The notes under the pieces are model-generated. The model saw only the letters and a program-made list of their open reading frames with translations. It had not been told where the DNA came from and did not search any database. Position numbers and translations under genes: made by a program. Of a stretch of DNA of 27,347 nt, positions 1 through 9,320 are shown in pieces. Position 1 is the stretch's first letter; every line of letters begins with the position of its first letter. Where the stretch lies: contig CP070761.1 in assembly GCA_020348985.1 (NCBI GenBank), positions 2,129,770 through 2,157,116 on the forward strand, given 5' to 3'. This DNA is from Candidatus Thorarchaeota archaeon (GTDB taxonomy: Archaea; Asgardarchaeota; Thorarchaeia; Thorarchaeales; Thorarchaeaceae).

Positions 1-100
1 GGATAGGCCTAAATGAGCACAATCAATCCTTTGATTCAAGCGTCGTACGATACTGTTTTTACCTGCCGATAGTAAAGTTTGGTCATCGAGGAGATGTTGA

Positions 101-1243
101 GTGAAGATTCTAGTTCTCGGTTCAGGCCTGATGGGTCGTGGCGCAGCATACGACCTTGTCAACAATGACAGTGTAGAACAAGTTCTCGTGGCTGACATCG
201 ATGAGAAGTGCGCTGAAAACCTCGCCAATGAGATGGGTCCGAAGGCGGAAGCGCGCACACTCGACGCAGGGGACAAGAAGCAACTTAAGGCAGTCTTCTC
301 CGAAGTTGATTCAGTGGTAAGTGCTATCAGTTACAAGCTTAATGTGCTGCATACAGAAGTAGCCATTGAAACTGGAACACACATGTGCGATTTGGGTGGA
401 AACCCAAGGATTGTTGGAAAGCAGCTCGATATGCACGATAAAGCCAATGAGGCGGGTGTCACTGTAATACCCGACTGCGGTCTTGCTCCCGGTATGGTTA
501 GTGTCTTCGTAAGAGCTGGGATTGATTATCTGACTAAGACAGAGAATGTGATGATTAGAGTTGGTGGACTCCAACAGGAGCCAAGACCTCCCTTGAATTA
601 CGCGTTAATCTTCTCAGTTGAGGGTCTCATTAACGAGTATGTAGGGCAATGCATGGCACTTCGCGATGGCAAGATAGTCTACGAGGAACCTCTCGTTGGA
701 TTTGAGCAGGTCGAGTTTCCAGAACCTCTTGGAACGCTTGAAGCATTCAACACAAGCGGGGGGACATCCACACTTCCTTTGACCTACGAGGGGATCGTTG
801 ACAATCTCGACTACAAGACACTTCGATATCCTGGACATGGCCACAAGATGTGGTGTCTTATGAGACTGGGCCTCATGGAGGAAGAAGAGCAGGACTTCAA
901 TGGAGTGAAAGTAGCCCCTCGGACGGTGCTGGAGCGGCTTATGGAAAGGAATCTTCCACCATCAGGCAAGGATGTCACGGTTGTTCGAACCACAATCGAA
1001 GGTTGGAAAGGGACTGAGGCACGAAGGATTGAGTATGAAGTCATTGACTACTTCGATGACGAAACAGGTCTCACATCGATGATGCGAACTACTTCATTTA
1101 CTGCAACTGTCGCCGCAGTCATGATGGCAGACGGAACAATAAGCGAAAGGGGAGTACTGCCGCCGGAGAGGTCTATACCACCTGAGGAGTTCATTGAAGC
1201 TCTCCGAGCTCGCGGCATAGATATTAAGCACAGAGTCTACTGA
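101..1243 (+). CDS. Saccharopine dehydrogenase family oxidoreductase, lysine 6-dehydrogenase-like
   Basis: Rossmann motif LGSGLMG; family motifs DLGG, PDCGLAPG, FSVEGLINEY, LEAFNTSGGTSTL, YKTLRYPGH. GTG start with GAGGAG upstream. Confidence 0.88.
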   Translation: MKILVLGSGLMGRGAAYDLVNNDSVEQVLVADIDEKCAENLANEMGPKAEARTLDAGDKKQLKAVFSEVDSVVSAISYKLNVLHTEVAIETGTHMCDLGGNPRIVGKQLDMHDKANEAGVTVIPDCGLAPGMVSVFVRAGIDYLTKTENVMIRVGGLQQEPRPPLNYALIFSVEGLINEYVGQCMALRDGKIVYEEPLVGFEQVEFPEPLGTLEAFNTSGGTSTLPLTYEGIVDNLDYKTLRYPGHGHKMWCLMRLGLMEEEEQDFNGVKVAPRTVLERLMERNLPPSGKDVTVVRTTIEGWKGTEARRIEYEVIDYFDDETGLTSMMRTTSFTATVAAVMMADGTISERGVLPPERSIPPEEFIEALRARGIDIKHRVY

Positions 1244-1313
1244 GTCTGCTCCCCGTCAGGTGCTTCCAAGAATCATTAATCAGTCAGCGTTCTGAGTCCT
1301 ATGAACGATTCAA

Positions 1314-2537
1314 TTGTCCGTCTATAAGGAGATTTTCGAGAAGATTCAAGATGCGAGGAATCTTCTGAAAGAAATAGTTCACACGACGAGGCTCGACCAC
1401 TCTTCTACGTTTAGTAGACTGTCTGGCGGAGAAGTGTATCTGAAGCTGGAGAATCTTCAGAAAACTGGCTCTTTCAAGGTCCGAGGAGCCGCGTACGCCA
1501 TGTCCCAGCTCACTGAGGAGCAGAAGAAGGCAGGAGTCATCGCCGCGTCCGCAGGTAACCACGCTCAGGGGGTGGCATACGCAGCCTCCAGACTGGGCAT
1601 TAAGTCAACGATTGTGATGCCAATCTTCTCGCCAGTGGCAAAGATACAGGCCACACAGGGTTATGGTGCCAATGTTGCTCTTCACGGAGAAGTCTTTGAT
1701 GACGCTTTGGCCCACGCATTGAAACTCTCTGAAGAGAAAGGGATGACCTTTCTTCATCCATTTGACAATAATGACGTAATTGCGGGTCAGGGGACTATTG
1801 GTACAGAGATTTTCGAGGAGCTTCAGGATGTGGATGTAGTAGCTGTCCCAGTTGGTGGAGGAGGTCTCTCCGCAGGCATAGCGATTGCTCTTAAGAACTT
1901 GCGTCCAGAGGTCGAGATATATGGCGTTGAAGCGTCAAGTGCTGCTTCCATGCGTGAGTCCCTGAAGAAGGGCAAGGTAACGGATGTTACTGGGCTCGAT
2001 ACGATCTGTGATGGTATCGCTGTGAAGAGAGTGGGTAGACTTCCATTCAGGATTGCAAAAGATCTCTTCGACGGTTCTGTGACTGTAGAAGAACTTGAGG
2101 TTACGCGTACTCTATTCCTTCTTCTTGAAAGGGCAAAGATAGTAGTTGAGCCTGCAGGTTGCGTAGCATTGTCGGCATTTCAGCATGGGAAGATTGACAT
2201 CAAAGGGAAGAAGTCGGTTGCAGTTCTCTCTGGTGGTAATATCGACATGAGCTTCATGTCTAGAGTCATCGAGAAGGAGCTGTACAGACTTGGTCGTTCT
2301 GTCCGAGTAAGAGGAGTCATCATGGATCGGGTTGGTGTCCTGACCAAGGTGATTGAGCTGGTCGCCGAATCGCGAGTGAGTGTCATAGAGATTTCACAAG
2401 ATAGAAGCGATCCTGATATCGCACCGAATAAGGCCGAGCTGAGAATGACGCTTGAAGTACCGGACGAATCCGCCGTGGATCGGCTCTTAGCTCTGTTCAA
2501 GAGGAACGATTTCGAATTCAGACTCTTTGAGGACTAG
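1314..2537 (+). CDS. ilvA: Threonine ammonia-lyase (dehydratase), PLP-dependent, with a single C-terminal ACT domain
   Basis: KLENLQKTGSFKVRGA (PLP lysine), ASAGNHAQG, PVGGGGL, LSGGNID. The ACT-like tail begins at DRVGVLTKV. TTG start. Confidence 0.93.
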   Translation: MSVYKEIFEKIQDARNLLKEIVHTTRLDHSSTFSRLSGGEVYLKLENLQKTGSFKVRGAAYAMSQLTEEQKKAGVIAASAGNHAQGVAYAASRLGIKSTIVMPIFSPVAKIQATQGYGANVALHGEVFDDALAHALKLSEEKGMTFLHPFDNNDVIAGQGTIGTEIFEELQDVDVVAVPVGGGGLSAGIAIALKNLRPEVEIYGVEASSAASMRESLKKGKVTDVTGLDTICDGIAVKRVGRLPFRIAKDLFDGSVTVEELEVTRTLFLLLERAKIVVEPAGCVALSAFQHGKIDIKGKKSVAVLSGGNIDMSFMSRVIEKELYRLGRSVRVRGVIMDRVGVLTKVIELVAESRVSVIEISQDRSDPDIAPNKAELRMTLEVPDESAVDRLLALFKRNDFEFRLFED

Positions 2538-2581
2538 GGCAAGAGTCACCTTGACCTGTGCCCAATACTAGACACGTGTAA

Positions 2582-4912
2582 ATGCTAAAAGCGCAGCAGT
2601 TCTCAATCCTGTGTACTTCGCAAATTGCGAACGTTTCGGAGGGTGCCAAATTGACCTTCCCTAGGACGATGAAAGCTGCAATGGGTCAGACCGCATTGAT
2701 GACTTTCGCCATGCTAGGTCTCTTCATGGCAGGTATCGGGTCGTGGGGGTCTGCTACTGCCGGCACCGCAGCCAATGTCATGCTGGCATTCATTGCAGTA
2801 GCGACTGCAGCCATTGTCCTGCTAGTAGCAATTGAGGATCAGTCACCATACATCTTTGTCATTTTCGCAGCACTATCTGTCAGTGCAGGAATTCACATAA
2901 TCAGTTCTGTGACCTACGTTTACACTGCAACGCCTTTCCCTCCTCAAGACATAATCTCCAGGATTGCAGCTCAAACCATAGAGATAGGAATGTTTGGGAT
3001 GCTTCTATTCGTAGCTTTTCGATCACATGATGACGGTCACTCGCGGACCTCATCGTTTGCGCATATCGTTGGTTTGGTCGCATTGCTTCTCATTGTCTAC
3101 GCATTCTTCTTTCACTTTATTTTCCCCTTTCTCGACACTCAGGGGGTCCAGGCCTTAGGGGCTTCAACTGGCGTTTCGGGACTAGTCTTCTTTGTGTTGG
3201 CAGCAAGAGCAATAGTGAGAAGCGCGTCGGATTTCCGCCGGTTCGATGTAAGATGGCTTCTGGCAAGCTTCTCACTCTTTGCTATGTCTTGTGTGCCCCA
3301 AATTGTATCCCTTTTCGTTCCAGGAATCCTATGGTATCTCGGCATGCATTTTCAGGCAGGAGCATTAGCCCTTTTCATGATGGCGTTCGCCGTTCCTTAC
3401 CAACTCGAGGTCGGCATCACACCCAATCGCGCTACTGTGTTCGCTGTCGCCTACTGTATCCACGGGTATCTCCCATTTGTGGTCACAAGTCTTGCTGACA
3501 CATGGCTACCGGGATTTCGACAAGTGGACTTCGCGATATATATCGTCGCCAAAGCCGGCGAGGCATCTTTCTCAATCATGATGGCTTTCTTCATTTGGAG
3601 TTACAGTAGGAGAAACCCTGCTTGGTACCACTATCCATTGATTGTGCTCTTTATGTCTTGGGCGTTTACTGAGACTCTCCTCGTTGTGTTCTGGAGAGGC
3701 GCCGAAATGGCCACAATCGGTGAATCTCATGCGCCTTACATTATGATGAGCATAGTGCTGATCGTAGGTTTGGTAATGGCGATTAGATGGACATTGAATC
3801 CGCCTGACAAGCCGTTTTCACCTATTGGAAGATGGATTCTCCCACGAGTGGTGCTGGTAGTTCTACTCCTTCTTGTCGGCTTCGTTTTGGAGGGTCTTGT
3901 TCACATGGTGGACCCAACTACAGTGGATTCCCCCCTGGGTGGTGCACTTCTACTTGGAATTAATCTTCCTGCTATATTCCTCTTCATTATAATCTCGTTA
4001 CTCCTCATAAAAGAGATTGCCTCCGGCAGAATGTTGCCTCTCTTTATGGTTGGGATGTTAGCTTTGTGGATCATCCCGAATATCCTGAAGGGGTATTCCG
4101 ATTCTTGGACTGCAGGTTGGTGGGCTTCTGAGATTGTTCTTTTGGCCGCACTACTGGTTGGACCTGCTTTGCTTGTGGAACTCTACTTCGATACCATGAC
4201 CAGGGCCGAGCGTCTCCAAGAAAGCGCAACTTTGTATTCCGATCTGCTAATTCACGACATATCAAATATCCATCAAGCTGTAACAATTGCGCTAGAGCTA
4301 CTATCTGTTGAAGGCATAGAATCTAGAATGCAGGAGAAGGCACTACAAGACGCGAAGTCCGGACTCTCACGGGCAGATCAACTTGTTAGAAACGTCAGAA
4401 ACCTTGGAGCAATCGGGCGATCAGCCAGTGAGCCTTTGAGGTCATTCGATGTGGTTGTTGCCGCATATCAAGCTAATCATCAGATTGTAATGGAGATGGC
4501 ACCCCTAGAGATAGACTTCAAAGTAGATAGGAAGAAAGGCCAATGCTTTGTACAAGCTAATGAACTTCTAGTGGACTTGTTTGCTAATCTGTTTCGTAAC
4601 TCAGTGAAATACTCCAGATTTGACAGAGTGATTGAAGTAGCAATAGACTCTGTGCAGAGCGGTGACAAGGATTTGTGGGAAATCCGCGTTGCCGATCACG
4701 GCAAAGGTATTGCGCCGGAACGAAGGGAAAACCTCTTCCGTCGCTTCATGAGTGGAGCAGAAGGCACGGGCCTAGGACTCTCAGTCGTCTACGCGTTGAC
4801 AAAGCTCTTCGGCGGCGATATTCGAGTTGAGTCCAGGGTCCCTGACAACTATAGACTCGGAACGGTGTTTGTTATCCAACTGCCTGCTGCCAATGCGCCC
4901 AAGTCTTCCTAG
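2582..4912 (+). CDS. Polytopic membrane sensor histidine kinase (about 16 TM helices plus HisKA/HATPase_c)
   Basis: H-box LLIHDISN, N-box NLFRNSVKY, G1 DHGKGI, G2 GTGLGL. About 16 hydrophobic segments by eye. The real start may be downstream (TTG 2651 or ATG 2669). Confidence 0.9.
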   Translation: MLKAQQFSILCTSQIANVSEGAKLTFPRTMKAAMGQTALMTFAMLGLFMAGIGSWGSATAGTAANVMLAFIAVATAAIVLLVAIEDQSPYIFVIFAALSVSAGIHIISSVTYVYTATPFPPQDIISRIAAQTIEIGMFGMLLFVAFRSHDDGHSRTSSFAHIVGLVALLLIVYAFFFHFIFPFLDTQGVQALGASTGVSGLVFFVLAARAIVRSASDFRRFDVRWLLASFSLFAMSCVPQIVSLFVPGILWYLGMHFQAGALALFMMAFAVPYQLEVGITPNRATVFAVAYCIHGYLPFVVTSLADTWLPGFRQVDFAIYIVAKAGEASFSIMMAFFIWSYSRRNPAWYHYPLIVLFMSWAFTETLLVVFWRGAEMATIGESHAPYIMMSIVLIVGLVMAIRWTLNPPDKPFSPIGRWILPRVVLVVLLLLVGFVLEGLVHMVDPTTVDSPLGGALLLGINLPAIFLFIIISLLLIKEIASGRMLPLFMVGMLALWIIPNILKGYSDSWTAGWWASEIVLLAALLVGPALLVELYFDTMTRAERLQESATLYSDLLIHDISNIHQAVTIALELLSVEGIESRMQEKALQDAKSGLSRADQLVRNVRNLGAIGRSASEPLRSFDVVVAAYQANHQIVMEMAPLEIDFKVDRKKGQCFVQANELLVDLFANLFRNSVKYSRFDRVIEVAIDSVQSGDKDLWEIRVADHGKGIAPERRENLFRRFMSGAEGTGLGLSVVYALTKLFGGDIRVESRVPDNYRLGTVFVIQLPAANAPKSS

Positions 4913-4916
4913 TCTT

Positions 4917-5906
4917 CTAGTATGAGATCTTCAGCTTGGCTGAAAGCTTGTCAAGCATATCCTTTACGACTGCAGGGAGATCGTAGTCAGGTTTCCAGCC
5001 CCATTCATCCCGCGCAACGCTGTCGTCTAGTGACATTGGCCATGAATCAGCAATCGCTTGTCTGAAGTCAGGCTTGTACGTTACCTCCAATTCAGGGATG
5101 TGCTTCTTGATTTCCTCAGCCAGTTCGGACGGGGTGAAGGAGAATGCAGTCACGTTGAATGTTCGATGCTTAAGTTTCTCCTCCGGTGCTTCTATCAGGT
5201 CTATGGTCGCCTTGGTGCAATCAGGCATGTACATCATGGGTAGGGCCGTATCTGGTCCCAGAAAGCACTCGTATTTCTTCTCTTTTAACGCCTCGTAGAA
5301 GATAGCCACGGCATAATCTGTGACTCCTCCACCAGGAAGTGCCTCGGAGCTAATCACACCTGGATATCGCAGCGAGCGGAAGTTGACGTTGTATCGGAGT
5401 TTGTAGTACTCTCCAAACAGCTCAACGAAGACTTTCGTTACACCGTAGATACTTGTCGGTCTTGTGACAACGTCATTAGGTGTATTCTCTCTTGGAGTGC
5501 TGGGTCCAAACGCGGCAATTGAGCTCGGTACTAATGCCTGATCAAGACCAAGAATTCTCACTGCCTCCATGACATTGTATGTGCCCTCAACATTAGTCCG
5601 ATAGGCAAGCTGCGGATTCTTTTCGGCAGTTGCTGAGAGCACAGACGCATTATGGATGACGATGTCAATGTCATAGTCGACAAGCATCGACTGCAGCTGG
5701 TTCTCATCAAGAATGTCAAGGCGATAGTACGGACCGTTCTTTGTGAGAATCTCTGGCGGCTTTTTCCGCCCGGTTGCAATTACGTTTTCTCCACCGTACT
5801 TGTCCCTCAGAACTCCAACTAGTTCCGTTCCAATCTGTCCGTAAGACCCCGTTACCAACAAGCGTTTCATCTTGAAGCCCTGGCGAGTGGCCAAAAACAC
5901 CTCCAT
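4917..5906 (-). CDS. SDR/epimerase-type L-threonine 3-dehydrogenase-like protein
   Basis: TGSYGQIG NAD motif, SSIAAFG, YGVTK (YxxxK), PGGGVTDYA, LPMMYMPD, RQAIADSWP. The start may be TTG 5894 or ATG 5870. Confidence 0.85.
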   Translation of the reverse strand: MEVFLATRQGFKMKRLLVTGSYGQIGTELVGVLRDKYGGENVIATGRKKPPEILTKNGPYYRLDILDENQLQSMLVDYDIDIVIHNASVLSATAEKNPQLAYRTNVEGTYNVMEAVRILGLDQALVPSSIAAFGPSTPRENTPNDVVTRPTSIYGVTKVFVELFGEYYKLRYNVNFRSLRYPGVISSEALPGGGVTDYAVAIFYEALKEKKYECFLGPDTALPMMYMPDCTKATIDLIEAPEEKLKHRTFNVTAFSFTPSELAEEIKKHIPELEVTYKPDFRQAIADSWPMSLDDSVARDEWGWKPDYDLPAVVKDMLDKLSAKLKISY

Positions 5907-6024
5907 AAAAGCATTGGCTTGTTCGAAAGCCAGCTAACTTCTGTTCCAGAATTAGAATGATATCTTTTGATGAGAACATACATCGTGTTGGTATGACATA
6001 GTAATCGTGGGCTGTGACGACTAG

Positions 6025-7605
6025 ATGAAGACAAGTGCGGCGCTTGCCGTTGTTCTCCTCCTAATCCTCACGCCAGCGTTCTCTCTCTCGTTACAGCCCT
6101 ACTTTCTAGCTTTCTCTGAGTCCGCTTCCTCCAATACTTCACAAGGATCTCCAACCCAAGCCAAGCCTATACCATACAAGACTACGTCAGAAGCGGTGTC
6201 TAGTCGATTGTTTGAACTCACTTGGATTTCACGGGACAGTCCTGGCCCCTCTGTAGTTGGCAATGATAGTGTGGCAACCGGTGACAGGGTTGCAATGTCA
6301 GCCATCTTCCCCGATATTCCCGGTGATCCTAATGCTACGATAGCATCCATAACTTGGAATTCCACTGTTGGCATCTACTTTGAAGCATTTGGAGAGCTCC
6401 TTGTATTCGTTCCCAATTCTTCAACTACTGAGATCTTGCTCGAGGAGTTCGCTTGGAACATGGTGGACGGAATCAGAAGAGGAGACAACGTGTCAGTCTT
6501 TCTCGACTTCACTAACGGTGACGCTGACGCGATGGCTTGGTGGTTTGACACAGACAACACGACATGGACTGCCGCAAGCAACCTGCTTGGGACCAAGATG
6601 ACCACTGACACCAGACCTGAACGAGGCTGGTTCATTGCAGACCGATCCGGCTCCCTGATGGTCGGAGTACGCAATCCTGATGCGATAGTCGGCAACTTCA
6701 CTCTCACTGTTGACACTCGCCGATATGATTCTGATGTTGTGCTGGGAAACGAAGTAATCTATGAGACATGGATCTGGTTCGATAACGTAACGCTTTCTAT
6801 GGACTTTGCTGGCAGAAGTATTGGAGGGGAGACGTACGAATTCAGTTTCTCCAATTTGTCAATCAACAACTTCTTTGCCCCAAGAGTGGAGAATGTAACC
6901 GTGACCGGTGAAACTGAGGTAGAATTCACCTGGGACATCTATGATCTCAATCAACATGACGAACACTATTCCCAACTTCTCATTTCAGGAGACAGTGGTG
7001 TGACTTTTCAACTCATGGCAGCAAATCTCACAGAACCGAGATTCGTTTGGGATTCTACTGGATTTATCAGGCAAATTTATGTGGGGAAGATTCGGGTATT
7101 TGATAACGATCCGGAGCTTAATCCGAACGTAGCTGAGAGTGGCTACAGACTGGGGCTGACTGACGAAGTCCCTGCTTTCTATTTCTATGGGGGTACGGTT
7201 GGACTTGGCAATTATCCGCCTGTGCCTCCAGGAATCGTCGCCCATGACGACGTCACATTTGAGGCAGGCACGTCAGGAAACGAAATCAGGTGGCATGTCC
7301 ATAGCGGTTATGATGCCTACTACTTTGTACGGATGAATGATACTCGCCATGATGGTGGTTCTTGGCCCGTCGGTTCGGGCTACATAGTCGTAGACCTAGA
7401 TCATCTGGAGCCTGGCATATACCGATTCCATCTGTGCATCAATGCAAGGTACCAAGAGTATACGGCTGAGGACACTGTATGGGTCACTGTTCTTCCTGGG
7501 AGAATCAATCAGATCCAACTCACTATGTTGGGTTTGGGGGCTGGTTTTCTCATTGGATTCATTGTCGTTGTTGTCCTTCACACTAGAGCAAGCAGGACAG
7601 GATAG
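6025..7605 (+). CDS. Secreted, C-terminally anchored beta-rich surface protein with terminal Ig-like domain (paralog 1)
   Basis: N-terminal signal-like hydrophobic stretch, at least 13 N-x-S/T sequons, and a C-terminal TM helix. Colinear similarity to 7694..9319. Confidence 0.8.
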   Translation: MKTSAALAVVLLLILTPAFSLSLQPYFLAFSESASSNTSQGSPTQAKPIPYKTTSEAVSSRLFELTWISRDSPGPSVVGNDSVATGDRVAMSAIFPDIPGDPNATIASITWNSTVGIYFEAFGELLVFVPNSSTTEILLEEFAWNMVDGIRRGDNVSVFLDFTNGDADAMAWWFDTDNTTWTAASNLLGTKMTTDTRPERGWFIADRSGSLMVGVRNPDAIVGNFTLTVDTRRYDSDVVLGNEVIYETWIWFDNVTLSMDFAGRSIGGETYEFSFSNLSINNFFAPRVENVTVTGETEVEFTWDIYDLNQHDEHYSQLLISGDSGVTFQLMAANLTEPRFVWDSTGFIRQIYVGKIRVFDNDPELNPNVAESGYRLGLTDEVPAFYFYGGTVGLGNYPPVPPGIVAHDDVTFEAGTSGNEIRWHVHSGYDAYYFVRMNDTRHDGGSWPVGSGYIVVDLDHLEPGIYRFHLCINARYQEYTAEDTVWVTVLPGRINQIQLTMLGLGAGFLIGFIVVVVLHTRASRTG

Positions 7606-7693
7606 GTCTCAGATAACCGAGCTAATGCCGCATTCGGTGAAATGCTTGCTAAAATATCTAGGTTATTAAGAATGAAACGACCACAAGCTCCAG

Positions 7694-9319
7694 GTGCACT
7701 TAGCGAAGAACTCCCTCGCCCATACCGCAAAAATCTTGGAGAAATTGAAGGTGCGGAAAATCGCAGCTACAATGGCAGTCTTTTTGCTTGTACTAACTTC
7801 TTCCATCCCAATGTCGACAGAGCGAAATAACACAGCTTCCTACAATTTGATGCGCTCTGAAGAGAAGCTGACTCTAAGCAGCGATGAACGACATATCGAT
7901 TTGACTTGGACGTCCAGAGACTGTCCCACCCCAACACCGTTGGAGGATGGGAGTGTATGCGAGGGTGACCACATCATCATTTCAGCCGCAATCCCAAACA
8001 TCACGGGAATTCCAGAGCTGGACATTGTCACTACAAGCATCCGTATTGAAAGCGGTCTAAACTTCTCCTTGACTCGTCCTCTTGTAGTGCCAGACTCTGA
8101 CTATTATGCTTTCAATGGAATACTGAATGTAAGCCAGTTTGACATTGTCTTCATTGAGAATGTGCGAAGCGGGATGTACCTTGATCTTCGGGCAAACTTC
8201 ACGAACAATGACAGTGACTTCATGGCATTCTGGGCAGACTCTGACCCTCGAACTTGGACGTATATGACCAATGTACTTGGTATTCAAATGGTAACTGGCC
8301 TTGCTAATCCAGAAACAGCGAGATTTCTGCCAGACCGCGAAGGCACTCTGGCCTTTCTCTGTTTTTCCTATGATCTACAACCTGGCAACTGGACATTGAG
8401 AGCAATTCAGCCCTCGGCAGAGATTAATGCAGAATCACAAGGAAACTCGGTAACTCTCGACACCCACGATATCGGATCGAATATTGAGACGTCAATAGAA
8501 GTACTGGCCTATTCTGAAAACGGCACTGAGTTCCAGTTCACACGTGCTGACGTGACTTTGACAAACTTCTTCCCGCCTGAAATCATGTCAATATCCATTG
8601 AAGGTGAGGATAGTCTCAAAGCAATGACATGGGAAGTAGCCGACATAAATGAGCTAGAGGATCATTACGCTGATGTTTCGATATCAGGAGATGGCGGCTC
8701 CACCTTCCAGCTATTGTCCAGTTACGTTCAGGGGAATAGATTCGAGTGGAATTCTGTTAGTTTCATCAACAGAACCTACATTGCGAGAGTTAGAGTCTAT
8801 GATGATGATCCGAGTATAACAGGACATGATCAGAATCTAAGATTCTTCCCTGGCCTGACTGACGAGATTATATCTGAGCCTTTTGTAGCTGGAGGTATTT
8901 TCTATTCCGGCAGTCCTATCAGGATGCCCGAAATCGACAGTCCAGAGGATGTCTCGTTCTATGAAGGATTTCCCACTCATTCAGTCGGATGGACACCAAA
9001 TGCAACAGGGATTTCATACTATGTGATACGACTGAACGACAGTGTGTATATGGACGGACATTGGGAGCCCGGAAATAACAAGATTGGCCTCCCATTGGAT
9101 GCGCTTGAACCTGGATTCTACAGATTCACAATATCAATCTCATACGTGGGAGTTAGTTTCACCGAAGATGACACCGTGAACGTCAATGTGCTCCCTGACC
9201 CGGGACTCATGGTGAAACATGGTCGGCAGCTGATCTTGCTCTTCGGGCTAGCCATCAGCATGGCTGGTGTAGCCATCCTTCTGAGAACAGAGATTGTAGT
9301 GAACAGTCAACGTGTCTAA
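7694..9319 (+). CDS. Secreted, C-terminally anchored beta-rich surface protein with terminal Ig-like domain (paralog 2)
   Basis: Shares LTWxSRDxP, FTNxDxDxMAxW, NFFxP, ISGDxGxTFQL, GLTDE and LDxLEPGxYRF with the upstream gene. C-terminal TM. The start is possibly TTG 7745 after GGAG. Confidence 0.8.
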   Translation: MHLAKNSLAHTAKILEKLKVRKIAATMAVFLLVLTSSIPMSTERNNTASYNLMRSEEKLTLSSDERHIDLTWTSRDCPTPTPLEDGSVCEGDHIIISAAIPNITGIPELDIVTTSIRIESGLNFSLTRPLVVPDSDYYAFNGILNVSQFDIVFIENVRSGMYLDLRANFTNNDSDFMAFWADSDPRTWTYMTNVLGIQMVTGLANPETARFLPDREGTLAFLCFSYDLQPGNWTLRAIQPSAEINAESQGNSVTLDTHDIGSNIETSIEVLAYSENGTEFQFTRADVTLTNFFPPEIMSISIEGEDSLKAMTWEVADINELEDHYADVSISGDGGSTFQLLSSYVQGNRFEWNSVSFINRTYIARVRVYDDDPSITGHDQNLRFFPGLTDEIISEPFVAGGIFYSGSPIRMPEIDSPEDVSFYEGFPTHSVGWTPNATGISYYVIRLNDSVYMDGHWEPGNNKIGLPLDALEPGFYRFTISISYVGVSFTEDDTVNVNVLPDPGLMVKHGRQLILLFGLAISMAGVAILLRTEIVVNSQRV

Positions 9320-9320
9320 T

